This document shows positions 1 to 8,764 of a stretch of DNA of 56,593 bases, piece by piece; the stretch's first letter is position 1; every line of letters starts with the position of its first letter. Source of the stretch: an uncultured Candidatus Bathyarchaeia archaeon (GTDB lineage Archaea; Thermoproteota; Bathyarchaeia; Bathyarchaeales; DTEX01). The translations under genes were made by a program, and so were the position numbers. The stretch spans positions 1-56,593 of the forward strand of contig CAZWWD010000001.1 of NCBI GenBank assembly GCA_964637155.1, written 5' to 3'. The notes under the pieces were generated by a model. That model saw only the letters and a list, made by a program, of their open reading frames with translations, was not told where the DNA came from and did not search any database.

Positions 1-462
1 AGGCTTACCCGCTCTAGGATGAGGAGAAGCGGTATTGAAAGGCCGGATATTAAGGGCGGCGGCGAGATACATAACTCTAAGGTTGGAGGGGGATAAAACG
101 CCGGCTAAAAGATGGTTTCCCACAAGTCCCCCCGGGCATTCATAAATATTGTGTATAGGCTTAATGCGGCTCTCTTCTCCTCTTCCGCAGCCTCTGAAGT
201 ATGGGCTGAACTCACAATGTATAATCTGCCAGAAGTGAGTCCATGAAGAAGCTGCGTCACCACAGCGTAAGATGGGTTAGAGGAGAAATCCATCAGCAGG
301 AAACATATCAGATTTAAAAATTTAAAATAAGGCTTTATCTTCATTATTTTGTGGCGATGAAGTTCCCTCCTCTCTTTACTGACAAAAATGGATGAGGAAG
401 GGGCATACTTTCCGAGCCAACAATCCCCTTTTTACTCAGCAATCATTTCCATCCCCTGCGAT

Positions 463-1599
463 CTAGGGGAATTCCGCTACTTTACGCATTTTATCCTCAT
501 CTACTTCAACACCTATACCCGGTTTCTCCGGAACTTTAACTGTTCCATCCCTATCGACAACCAGTGGTTCCCTGAGAATTCCCTGCTGGGTTTCAACGGT
601 TAATACTGGCGGGTCATAGGGGTACTCGATCATTGGGCAATTATTGATTGTGGCTGCCGCTTGAAGCGTGGCTGCAAACCCTAGGGGGAGGCTGCTGCCT
701 GAGCGCACATGCGGTATCACCAGCCTATTGAAGTAGTCGGCTACGAACGCAACCTTCCTTATTCCAGTTATACCCATATCACCTAATATCACGTCTGGTT
801 GAAGCACGTCGTAGGCGCCTCGAAGCAAATACTCCCTAAACTCATAGATGTTGGCGGAGTGCTCTCCCCCAGCTATGAACATGTCAACCGACGCCGCTAG
901 CTCGCTGAGCCCCTCCACATCCCTTCTGGGGAGGGGGTCCTCAAGAAAGTAGACTCCGAGCTTGTCGAGTTCCCTAGCCATTTTAAGGGCTGTTCTCCTC
1001 GACCAGTACCGGTAGCTTATTGACTGATTGTTCTGGTTAGCGTCCACAAGTATCGTTAGGTCGTCTCCAACAGCATCTTTAACCGCTCTAACAACCTTTA
1101 GGTCATCTTCAGGCTTAGGTCTATGAAGCCTCAGCTTAACCGCTTTGAAGCCGGCGTCCATTAGCTGCAAAACCTGCTTAACATGCTGCTCAGGCTTAAG
1201 AAGCCTTGAGGTAGCGGCGTAGGCCATAATGCGCTCCCTAAATGCCCCCAGAATCCTGTAAACCGGCTTGCCTAAAGCCTTGCCGACAATATCCCATAGG
1301 GCTATTTCAAGCCCACCATAGGATCCCCTGTTAAAACAGGTTTCCCGACCCCGCATACACATACTCCAGAACCATTCAACATGGAATGGATCTAAGCCTA
1401 TGAGGGCTGAGAGGGCGAATTGGGTTAGTTCACCGGTGTATGGTCCAAAGCCAACTATGCCTTCGTCGGTGTAAACCTTGAAGAGGGAGAAGCTAAACGA
1501 TTTTACGGGTTTAATGTCCGGCCACCACGCTGGCTTCCACCCGATTGGGAGAATAATAGGCTTTTTACTTCGAATAACCTCTATACGTGTCACCTTCAT
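463..1599 (-). CDS. Enolase-superfamily enzyme (mandelate racemase/muconate lactonizing enzyme family, sugar-acid dehydratase-like)
   Basis: ORF 463..1638. Translation shows family-typical KLRLHRP, VDANQ, FLEDP and GGEH metal-ligand-type motifs. The start is more likely the internal MKVTRIEV (1599) than 1638. Confidence 0.8.
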   Translation of the reverse strand: MKVTRIEVIRSKKPIILPIGWKPAWWPDIKPVKSFSFSLFKVYTDEGIVGFGPYTGELTQFALSALIGLDPFHVEWFWSMCMRGRETCFNRGSYGGLEIALWDIVGKALGKPVYRILGAFRERIMAYAATSRLLKPEQHVKQVLQLMDAGFKAVKLRLHRPKPEDDLKVVRAVKDAVGDDLTILVDANQNNQSISYRYWSRRTALKMARELDKLGVYFLEDPLPRRDVEGLSELAASVDMFIAGGEHSANIYEFREYLLRGAYDVLQPDVILGDMGITGIRKVAFVADYFNRLVIPHVRSGSSLPLGFAATLQAAATINNCPMIEYPYDPPVLTVETQQGILREPLVVDRDGTVKVPEKPGIGVEVDEDKMRKVAEFP

Positions 1600-1714
1600 G
1601 GCTTTCCCTCCACATCGCTCTGCATTTTCAGTCTTCAAAAATATTTCCTAAATTTTTAGTTTAAGCGCAAATGAAATATGCTTAAGCTAAGTATATTTTG
1701 TTTTGGTCTAAGAG

Positions 1715-3016
1715 ATGCGTGTAATAGCGGATTTACATATCCACAGCAGATATAGCCGGGCTACAAGCGCCAATATGAATATTCCGGATATAGCCCGCTT
1801 CGCCCAAATTAAGGGCCTAACCCTAGTTGGCACAGGCGACTTCACCCATCCCCAATGGCTTCGGGAACTCAAGGAAAATCTCTCTGAGGTTCCGGGAACC
1901 GGCCTATATAAGCCAAAGTCCCAAAGGTTCGACATCTGGTTTATGATTACAGGCGAGGTTTCAACAGTTTTTTCCTTCGGCGGAAAAACAAAGAAGATCC
2001 ACCATGTAATATTGACGCCGAGCATAGAGGTCGCCGAGCAAATAAATGATCGACTATCCAAATATGGAAGCCTAGAAGCCGACGGCAGACCAACATTAGC
2101 TATGTCGGCGCCGCATCTAGTTGAGGAGGTAATGGAGGTTTCAAGAGATAACATGGTTTTCCCAGCGCACGCCTGGACCCCATGGTTCAGCGTCTTCGGA
2201 GCCTTCAGCGGCTTCGATAGAATGGAGGACTGCTACCAAGATATGACCAAGCATATACATGCGCTGGAAACCGGTTTATCATCGAATCCGCCGATGAACT
2301 GGCGTCTAAGCTCCCTAGACAGATTCACACTTCTCTCTAACAGCGACTCGCATTCAAGCTGGCCTTGGAGGATTGGCCGTGAAGCAAACGTTTTTGAGCT
2401 TAAGCAATTAACCTACTGGAACATAATTGAATCAATAAGGATGAATGATTCAAGCACTCTAAAATTCACAATTGAAACCAATCCCGCTTATGGAAAATAT
2501 CATTGGACAGGTCATAGGGCATGCGGTGTATCCCTTCCACCCGCGGAGGCCATAAAGCTTGGGAACGTATGCCCAGTCTGCCATAGGAGGCTAACCAAGG
2601 GGGTTGAGCAGCGCGTTGAAGAATTAGCCGATAGACCCTACGGTTTTAAGCCCCCCAGCTCACCGGGATACATGCATCTCCTACCCTTATCGGAGGTTAT
2701 ATCCGCAGTTATAGGTGCAAGCTCACCCAGCTCACGAAGAGTTTGGAGCATATATAATGCTCTAATCTCACACTTCGGTAACGAATATAAGGTTCTAATA
2801 GATGCAGATTTTAACGAAATAGCTGAAACAACTAACCCACTAATAGCTGAGGCAATAATCCGAGTCAGAGAGGAGAAGGTTAAGGTTATCCCCGGCTACG
2901 ACGGCGTCTACGGACAGATAATAATATTCCCAGAGAAGCGCGGAAGCATGGCTGAGGGAGAAATGGAAAAGGGGATTAAGGGTTCAGGACAGAAATCCCT
3001 AGCGGACTTCTTCTAG
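1715..3016 (+). CDS. Endonuclease Q (PHP-domain DNA repair endonuclease for deaminated bases)
   Basis: N-terminal PHP motif ADLHIHSRYSRATS...GTGDFTHP. Cys cluster HRACG...CPVCHRRLTKGV. C-terminus QKSLADFF is a canonical PIP box (QxxLxxFF). 433 aa. Confidence 0.75.
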   Translation: MRVIADLHIHSRYSRATSANMNIPDIARFAQIKGLTLVGTGDFTHPQWLRELKENLSEVPGTGLYKPKSQRFDIWFMITGEVSTVFSFGGKTKKIHHVILTPSIEVAEQINDRLSKYGSLEADGRPTLAMSAPHLVEEVMEVSRDNMVFPAHAWTPWFSVFGAFSGFDRMEDCYQDMTKHIHALETGLSSNPPMNWRLSSLDRFTLLSNSDSHSSWPWRIGREANVFELKQLTYWNIIESIRMNDSSTLKFTIETNPAYGKYHWTGHRACGVSLPPAEAIKLGNVCPVCHRRLTKGVEQRVEELADRPYGFKPPSSPGYMHLLPLSEVISAVIGASSPSSRRVWSIYNALISHFGNEYKVLIDADFNEIAETTNPLIAEAIIRVREEKVKVIPGYDGVYGQIIIFPEKRGSMAEGEMEKGIKGSGQKSLADFF

Positions 3017-3085
3017 CATCCATAACTAAAATTCATATGAAGAATAATGCGAAAAAGAAGGGGGGAACAAAGGGAATTAAGATAG

Positions 3086-4435
3086 CTACTTTCGCTTCAA
3101 TCTTCTGATTAATGTCTGAGCTGCTAGCACCATTGGATCCCAAGTTTCAGCGACTGGCGGCGCATAGCATGTTTCAGCCTTCGCCAGCTCCCTTATGGTC
3201 ATCCCCTTGAGTATCGCGAAGGACAGCGCGTTTATTCTCTGGGCTACTCCCTCCCCAGCGATTATCTGCGCTCCAATGAGCTTTTCAGTTTCCTTTTCCG
3301 CGATGAGCTTCACCCTTATCGGTAGAGCCCCCGGATAATACTGGGCTCTCGTTTTCCCGCTGAATGCCACTGATATTGTTTCTATCCCGGCTCTCTGCGC
3401 TGAAAACTCGGTTAATCCAACAGTTCCTATCTCGGTGTCAAATAATCTGGTGACGGCGGCGCCTAAAACCCCTGGGAAGATCGCGTATCCCCCGGCAGCG
3501 TTTGTTCCAGCAACCTTAGCTTGGCGGACAGCCGCCGTTCCAAGCTGGCATACTACTGGGCGTTTTGTGATTAAGTGTATTGATTCAACGCAGTCTCCGC
3601 ATGCATAGACATCTTTAACATTGGTTTCCATGCGCATGTTTACTTTAATCAATCTTGTTTCACCCAGGGCTATTCCAGCTTTCTGGGCGAGCTCCGTGTT
3701 CCCCCTAACGCCGGTTGCTACAACTACCATATCAGCTGGAACCTGTTTCCCTCCAGCGATTACGCCATCAACTTTCTCCTCGCCTAATATTTCGTCAACA
3801 GCGCAGCCAGTAATGATTTTTAGCCCCTTCTTTTCTAGCTCTCTTTGAACTAGGTTGGCCATATCCTTATCAAGCATGGCTGGGAGAATTTGGGGTAAAA
3901 GCTCAACAACCGTGGTTTCCAGTCCACGCTCAACGAACGCTACGCCCAATTCTAGGCCGATTAAACCGGCTCCAACAATAACAGCCGATTTGGAGCCTTT
4001 GATTGCCTCCTCGATTTTTTCTCCATCCTCTATTGTTCTAAGTGTGTAGACGCCTTGTTTCTCTCTGCCCTTAATCGGCGGGATGAACGGTTTAGCTCCC
4101 GTAGCTAAGATCAGGCTGTCGTACTGAAGGTTCTCTGTTCTCCCATCCTTATATTGAACCTCAACCGTTTTAGCTTCCGTATCAATGTTTGTAACGTTTG
4201 CCTCAAGCTTCAGATCTATCTTCATCATCTTAAAGTAGGAGGGAGAAAAAACGATTAAATCCTGAAAGCTCTTTATGTGCCCGCCTAGAACGAAGGGTAA
4301 TCCGCAGCGGGAGTAGCCGGCGTAACGCTCATTGGTTAGCATGGTTATTTCAGCTTCTCTATCAACTAGTCTTGCGGCGGCTGCAGCGTCGCAGCCAGCG
4401 GCGTGAGCTCCTACAATCACTATTTTCCTAGGCAT
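3086..4435 (-). CDS. FAD-dependent pyridine nucleotide-disulfide oxidoreductase, NADH oxidase / CoA-disulfide reductase class
   Basis: Two Rossmann GxGxxG motifs (IVGAHAAG, VGAGLIGLE). Single redox Cys in YSRCGLPF near the N-terminus, typical of Nox/CoADR rather than Lpd. 449 aa. Confidence 0.8.
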   Translation of the reverse strand: MPRKIVIVGAHAAGCDAAAAARLVDREAEITMLTNERYAGYSRCGLPFVLGGHIKSFQDLIVFSPSYFKMMKIDLKLEANVTNIDTEAKTVEVQYKDGRTENLQYDSLILATGAKPFIPPIKGREKQGVYTLRTIEDGEKIEEAIKGSKSAVIVGAGLIGLELGVAFVERGLETTVVELLPQILPAMLDKDMANLVQRELEKKGLKIITGCAVDEILGEEKVDGVIAGGKQVPADMVVVATGVRGNTELAQKAGIALGETRLIKVNMRMETNVKDVYACGDCVESIHLITKRPVVCQLGTAAVRQAKVAGTNAAGGYAIFPGVLGAAVTRLFDTEIGTVGLTEFSAQRAGIETISVAFSGKTRAQYYPGALPIRVKLIAEKETEKLIGAQIIAGEGVAQRINALSFAILKGMTIRELAKAETCYAPPVAETWDPMVLAAQTLIRRLKRK

Positions 4436-4442
4436 CTTCCAT

Positions 4443-4856
4443 CTATTCCTTAGCGACTTCCCTATACCATTCTACCGCTTGATCAAAATTCATTAGGGTC
4501 TTAAGTTCCTCCTCGAGGTTGCTTGGTTCAATCACTATGAGCCATCCTTCACCGTAGGGATCTTCGTTAATTACCTCTGGGCTTTCAGTAGCTTTCTCGT
4601 TAACCTCGACAACCTTGCCTGTGAGAGGCGATATTAGGTCTGACACGGATTTAACTGACTCGAGAGTGCCGAATGCTTCGTCCTTCTTGACTTCGTCTCC
4701 TACGTTAGGTAGCTCAGCGAACACTATTTCACGCATCTGCTTTTGGGCGTAATCGGTTATGCCCACCCTAGCCTTTCCATCCTCTATTTTAATCCACATC
4801 CAATCTTTTGAGTAATATAATCCCTCAAGAACCTTGTATCCCTCGACCTCAACCAA
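4443..4856 (-). CDS. gcvH: Glycine-cleavage-system H protein (lipoyl carrier)
   Basis: 137 aa. Lipoyl-lysine motif ESVKSVSDLISPLTGKVVEVN. Ends 7 nt upstream of the oxidoreductase start. Confidence 0.9.
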   Translation of the reverse strand: MVEVEGYKVLEGLYYSKDWMWIKIEDGKARVGITDYAQKQMREIVFAELPNVGDEVKKDEAFGTLESVKSVSDLISPLTGKVVEVNEKATESPEVINEDPYGEGWLIVIEPSNLEEELKTLMNFDQAVEWYREVAKE

Positions 4857-4969
4857 TACATCTCACCTCAAAAACGAATAATTACATTAGAACCTATTAA
4901 TTTAAAGTTAACGTTTTCCTCAACCAAAAAGGATAATTATAAAGGTGTTATTGATGAAATACGCGGTGT

Positions 4970-5389
4970 GTGAGCAGGATGGCTAAAAAAGTTTTCATTT
5001 CAGGTCCAATTCAAGGCATGGAGGAAAAGCAGGGCTACAGAGATAAAATTAGTACTCTGCTAACCAAGTATGGTTATGAACCCGTAGACCCATGGCGGCG
5101 TGAGAAAATCATTTATCGCGGCTCCTCTGAGAGATGGTGGTCTCACGTCCCCCCAAAAGACTTTATTAGAAGAGATCTCGAGGACATTGAGCGATGCGAC
5201 GCTCTTGTCGCCTATCTCCCTAGACTCTCAGCTGGAACATGTATGGAACTATTCTACGCTAAGCTCAAAGGCAAGAAAACCGTAACCGTCTGTAAACTTA
5301 GGAATCCAAGCCCTTGGATCATAGAGTTCTCCGATATAATCGTTAGGGGCTTTAGGGAGCTCAGAGAAGTATTAGAGAGGGGGATTTAA
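4970..5389 (+). CDS. Nucleoside 2-deoxyribosyltransferase-like protein
   Basis: KVFISGPIQG N-terminus and GTCMELFYA (catalytic-Glu context of the NDT fold). The ATG at 4979 (MAKKVF) is a plausible true start. Confidence 0.6.
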   Translation: MSRMAKKVFISGPIQGMEEKQGYRDKISTLLTKYGYEPVDPWRREKIIYRGSSERWWSHVPPKDFIRRDLEDIERCDALVAYLPRLSAGTCMELFYAKLKGKKTVTVCKLRNPSPWIIEFSDIIVRGFRELREVLERGI

Positions 5390-5408
5390 AGAAGGCTGCT
5401 GATTAAGT

Positions 5409-5702
5409 TTACTTTCTTCCCTCCCTCTTTTCCAGGAAGTCCGATATTGATGAGGCTTTAACGAGGCTCTTAACAACTATCATCTTTCCACGCAGTAAAT
5501 CGAAGAGCCTTCTAATGTCCCTCTCATCTAAGTTTGCTATGTTTATAAAGATCATTGATGAAAAATACTGGGCGAAGAGATAGGGGTCTTTCCGTATGAC
5601 GAAGGGGCTTTGTTCGGCTACAAGCCTGAAGGTTCCGACGTCATCAACCTCAATAAACTCCTGAACCACGGTTCTCACCCATAAAAATACAAAAAGGCCC
5701 AA
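5409..5702 (-). CDS. Hypothetical protein (97 aa), downstream of the DUF460 gene
   Basis: Open frame 41 nt after the DUF460 stop on the same strand. Non-ATG start in the track. No recognisable motif. Confidence 0.35.
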   Translation of the reverse strand: MGLFVFLWVRTVVQEFIEVDDVGTFRLVAEQSPFVIRKDPYLFAQYFSSMIFINIANLDERDIRRLFDLLRGKMIVVKSLVKASSISDFLEKREGRK

Positions 5703-5743
5703 AAACTTTAATGTTTTACTGAGTAAGCGGCCCTAACTAGTTT

Positions 5744-7021
5744 TCATGTTTTCTGCCTCTTCAACTCCCTTAAATAATCGTCTAAAATAGTTTTCACCAT
5801 TTCAAATTCATCTGAGGACCTAACGGTTTCCCCCTCCCTAATAACCCTCTTAATTTCCTCCGGGTCAGCGTAGGGCAACCCTCCAATCCACCTAATATTT
5901 ATCTTGTCGGCTGAGATCACCGGCACATAATATTTTTCAAATATTTCTAAAGCCTGATGCGCCATTACACCTTTAATGATCACTGTGCTTACCCCCCTTT
6001 TGGCGAGGCTTTCAGCCGTTGTGGATCCGCCTCCGCTTGGATCCAAAATGAAAACTAAATCTCCAACCCTAATATCATAGAGTTTAAACGCTTTTTTCAG
6101 CCCCTCCCTAGTGAATGATTCAATCGGCTTAAGCAGAGTTAACCCTTCTACGGTTTCCATCTCCCTTACCATTTGGATTTGATTAAGCATTCCCCTATAC
6201 TCTTCAATCTGAAGCTTCTGCTCCAAAATTTTATCCTTTAACCTTTTTATCTCCTCAACCAGCCGCCGGTATTCTCTCTCACGTCTTATCTGAAAAATTT
6301 GCTCACTTCGTTCCCTACTCAAGCTTTCTTTTAATCTTTCGATCTCCCCCCTCAGCGCCTTTATCTCTGACCGTAGCTCTCTAATAGTTGCCTTGAGACG
6401 CTTGGTTCTCTCCTTCTCAAGTATAAGCCTGTCATTCAGCTCCTTAATGAGCTCCTTCATCCTCTCCTCCCGCGTTGCAGCTCGCTTTATGACGATCTTT
6501 GCTTTAGTAAAGTTTGGTTCGCGGAGAGCTTTTATTGCCCTAGCTATACTGTAGCCGCGGATAACCAGATTTTTAACGTCGTCTGGAAATAGGCTGCTGC
6601 CAATCTCCCTTAATTTGGCGTCAACCTGCTCAAACTTATTCTTATAGTGCTGATAAGCCTTAATGGCGGCTGCCAGCGCATCGATCTCATGCACATTCTC
6701 AACCTTAATGTTGTAGCGCTCTATGTATGTCCGCGCTAGCTTATGCTTTTCATCAGCGCTCATGGAGATTACAGGCTCAAATAATATGGCGTTAAATTTC
6801 TTGGAAAGCCTCTCAAGAAGGCTTGATGCTGGTGAAACATCGCTGGATATTATTGCGGGTTCACCTAAACCGCTTATTCTCTCTATAATCTTGTCTAGAG
6901 ACCAGCCCCTGCGGCTCTCCACCAGAATGGGTTTCCCATCAAACGTTAAAGCGGCTAAGCCGCAGTTAAGCCCCGGATCAACCCCTACAATAAGCCGCCT
7001 TACACCATGATTCCTAGACAT
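5744..7021 (-). CDS. DUF460-family protein (RNase H-like N-domain with a long coiled-coil)
   Basis: N-terminus LIVGVDPGLNCGLAALTFDG resembles an RNase H/RuvC-like fold. Central heptad-rich K/E/R/L segment (about residues 180-290). Confidence 0.7.
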   Translation of the reverse strand: MSRNHGVRRLIVGVDPGLNCGLAALTFDGKPILVESRRGWSLDKIIERISGLGEPAIISSDVSPASSLLERLSKKFNAILFEPVISMSADEKHKLARTYIERYNIKVENVHEIDALAAAIKAYQHYKNKFEQVDAKLREIGSSLFPDDVKNLVIRGYSIARAIKALREPNFTKAKIVIKRAATREERMKELIKELNDRLILEKERTKRLKATIRELRSEIKALRGEIERLKESLSRERSEQIFQIRREREYRRLVEEIKRLKDKILEQKLQIEEYRGMLNQIQMVREMETVEGLTLLKPIESFTREGLKKAFKLYDIRVGDLVFILDPSGGGSTTAESLAKRGVSTVIIKGVMAHQALEIFEKYYVPVISADKINIRWIGGLPYADPEEIKRVIREGETVRSSDEFEMVKTILDDYLRELKRQKT

Positions 7022-7104
7022 ACACCTAAATTTTAAGCTGATAGTTGCTCTTAAATTTATTATTATTTTCGCTGCTTCCCCTCTATGAAAAATAAGCCTT
7101 CATT

Positions 7105-8001
7105 TCACGGTTCAAGAGAAGTTGTAACGTAATTTAAAGCCTCCTGCAAGTCTCTAACAATCTTAAATTTTCTTTTAAAGAAATTCAGCACGTTCCAGAC
7201 GTCTCTCTTTAAGAGGAAGTCGGCGTTCGGATGATCTGTTCTGACAAATTGAGGCCAATCTATTATCAGAACATGCCAATCCGAAGCTAAAACAACATTG
7301 AATTCGCTTAAATCCCCATGTATAACCCCGGCTTTAACGTAAGCCTTCCTCACATTTTCTAGAATCTCATCTAAAATCTCCCCTGGGTTAGGTATTTCCG
7401 TGAAGCGAAATAGGCATTCACCCTCTATCATCCCCATAACAACCACATGTCTGTTATGGGCGATCGGCTTGGGAACGGAGACGCCGCATGGATAAACGAG
7501 CTTAAGCGCTTCAACCTCCTTCTCAGCCGCCAAACGTGACTGATAAAGCCATGAGGCATGCCTCCTATTAAGCAAGTACCCCCTAAGCCTCCGTGTCTGC
7601 CGAAAGCTCACTCTGCCCAAACGATGAAATTTAACGGCTACTCTCTCCCCCCTCTGGGTTAAAGCATCATATACGTCGGACTCTTTACCTACACCTAACG
7701 GTTTGCCGAGGGACTCTAAAACCCCCGCCTTAACCAGCGCGTTTAGGGCTAAGCAGTCATAACCAGCCGTGCTCAGCATATACCCTACGTAAGGCCCTAT
7801 CCAGCGGTAGATTAACCCTAAACCATTCAGTCTCTCAAGCCGATACTTAACCTCTTTCTCAGCTAAGCCGCTAAGCCTTAAAATGTCTCTTTCCGGAACA
7901 AACCTGTGGCGGCTTAAATCAACCTCTATGGTTGCAAGTACCTTTATGTCCTCGGGCTCAAGCTGCCGGAAAACCTTAACTGCAATATCGACTGAAGACA
8001 T
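7105..8001 (-). CDS. rio2: RIO-type serine/threonine kinase Rio2 (N-terminal winged helix plus RIO domain)
   Basis: GVGKESDVYDA, VAVKFHR and HGDLSEFNV motifs. About 90-aa wHTH N-domain. 298 aa. Confidence 0.88.
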   Translation of the reverse strand: MSSVDIAVKVFRQLEPEDIKVLATIEVDLSRHRFVPERDILRLSGLAEKEVKYRLERLNGLGLIYRWIGPYVGYMLSTAGYDCLALNALVKAGVLESLGKPLGVGKESDVYDALTQRGERVAVKFHRLGRVSFRQTRRLRGYLLNRRHASWLYQSRLAAEKEVEALKLVYPCGVSVPKPIAHNRHVVVMGMIEGECLFRFTEIPNPGEILDEILENVRKAYVKAGVIHGDLSEFNVVLASDWHVLIIDWPQFVRTDHPNADFLLKRDVWNVLNFFKRKFKIVRDLQEALNYVTTSLEP

Positions 8002-8121
8002 ACGTCAAAAGGGAATATATGAACCCAGACCATTTAAACTTTTGAGTCTTTCGGATGGCAAAATTATTTATTTCATCGCCGAAATAGAAGTGATTAAAGA
8101 AGCTCTCTTGGTGCTACAGTT

Positions 8122-8673
8122 TTGGGAATGCCGCTAACCCCTAACGAAAAATTCTTCACAATTCAAAAAGGTAGAATCCCGAAGGTGAATATTGAGGGCT
8201 GGCGTCTCATAGTTGACGGTCAAGTTGAGAAGCCATTATCCCTATCATACGATGAATTAGCTGCTATGCCGCAGGTTAGGCTCACAGAAATCCTTGAATG
8301 CTACGATAACCCGCCGGGAGGCAACTTGATCGGAGTTGCCGAATGGGAAGGTGTGCTCGTTAGTAGGCTCCTAGAGATGGCTAAAGCTAAAAATAATGCC
8401 TCAACCCTAATCTTCCACTCCCTAGACGGATACTCCACAAACCACAGCCTAAACTACGTGAAGAAAGCATGCGTTTTCCTCGCACTGAAAATGAATGGCG
8501 AAACATTACCGATAGAGCATGGATACCCTGTAAGGCTTGTGGCGCCCGGAATGTACGGCTACAAATGGGCCAAATGGGTTCATAGAATAGAAGTTACGGA
8601 GAGAAAGAAGCTTGGATACTGGGAGAAAAGGGGGTATCCCCCTGAACCTTATAGAGGGCTTCCTGTACGATAG
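8122..8673 (+). CDS. Molybdopterin-binding oxidoreductase domain protein (sulfite-oxidase/YedY fold, short form)
   Basis: WRLIVDGQVEKPLSLSYDEL, Cys in TEILECYDN, and GYPVRLVAPGMYGYKWAKWV are typical of the SUOX-fold Mo domain. 183 aa, no signal peptide seen. Confidence 0.7.
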   Translation: MGMPLTPNEKFFTIQKGRIPKVNIEGWRLIVDGQVEKPLSLSYDELAAMPQVRLTEILECYDNPPGGNLIGVAEWEGVLVSRLLEMAKAKNNASTLIFHSLDGYSTNHSLNYVKKACVFLALKMNGETLPIEHGYPVRLVAPGMYGYKWAKWVHRIEVTERKKLGYWEKRGYPPEPYRGLPVR

Positions 8674-8764
8674 TAAAAGATTTTGCCTATTCTAGGTAAC
8701 AGTTTTATTAGCAACAATCCTAATTCTTTTAAGGTAACGATTAACAGTATGCAGGAGGTCAAAA

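Noticed and set aside
105-344. 79-aa minus-strand ORF at the window edge; residues CFLLMDFSSNPS vaguely recall the Cys-1 N-terminus of class-II (Ntn) glutamine amidotransferases
   Set aside because: No ATG directly precedes the Cys, the frame closes after about 70 residues (family members are several-fold longer), and the similarity is only a few residues. It is left unannotated and could be a gene remnant.
388-603. 71-aa + strand ORF
   Set aside because: It overlaps the 3' end of the enolase-superfamily gene on the opposite strand and has no motif.
1708-2154. 148-aa minus-strand ORF overlapping the EndoQ gene, plus the many other short antisense or internal ORFs in the track (for example 3621..3848, 3855..4049, 6723..7010, 10297..10614, 14356..14607, 15881..16243, 18582..18896, 19192..19644, 23795..24242, 25848..26174, 26314..26553, 27598..27882, 32519..32918, 40195..41191, 42385..42747, 44933..45268, 55515..55829)
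   Set aside because: Each is nested in or antisense to a gene with clear family motifs. None shows an independent start context or motif.
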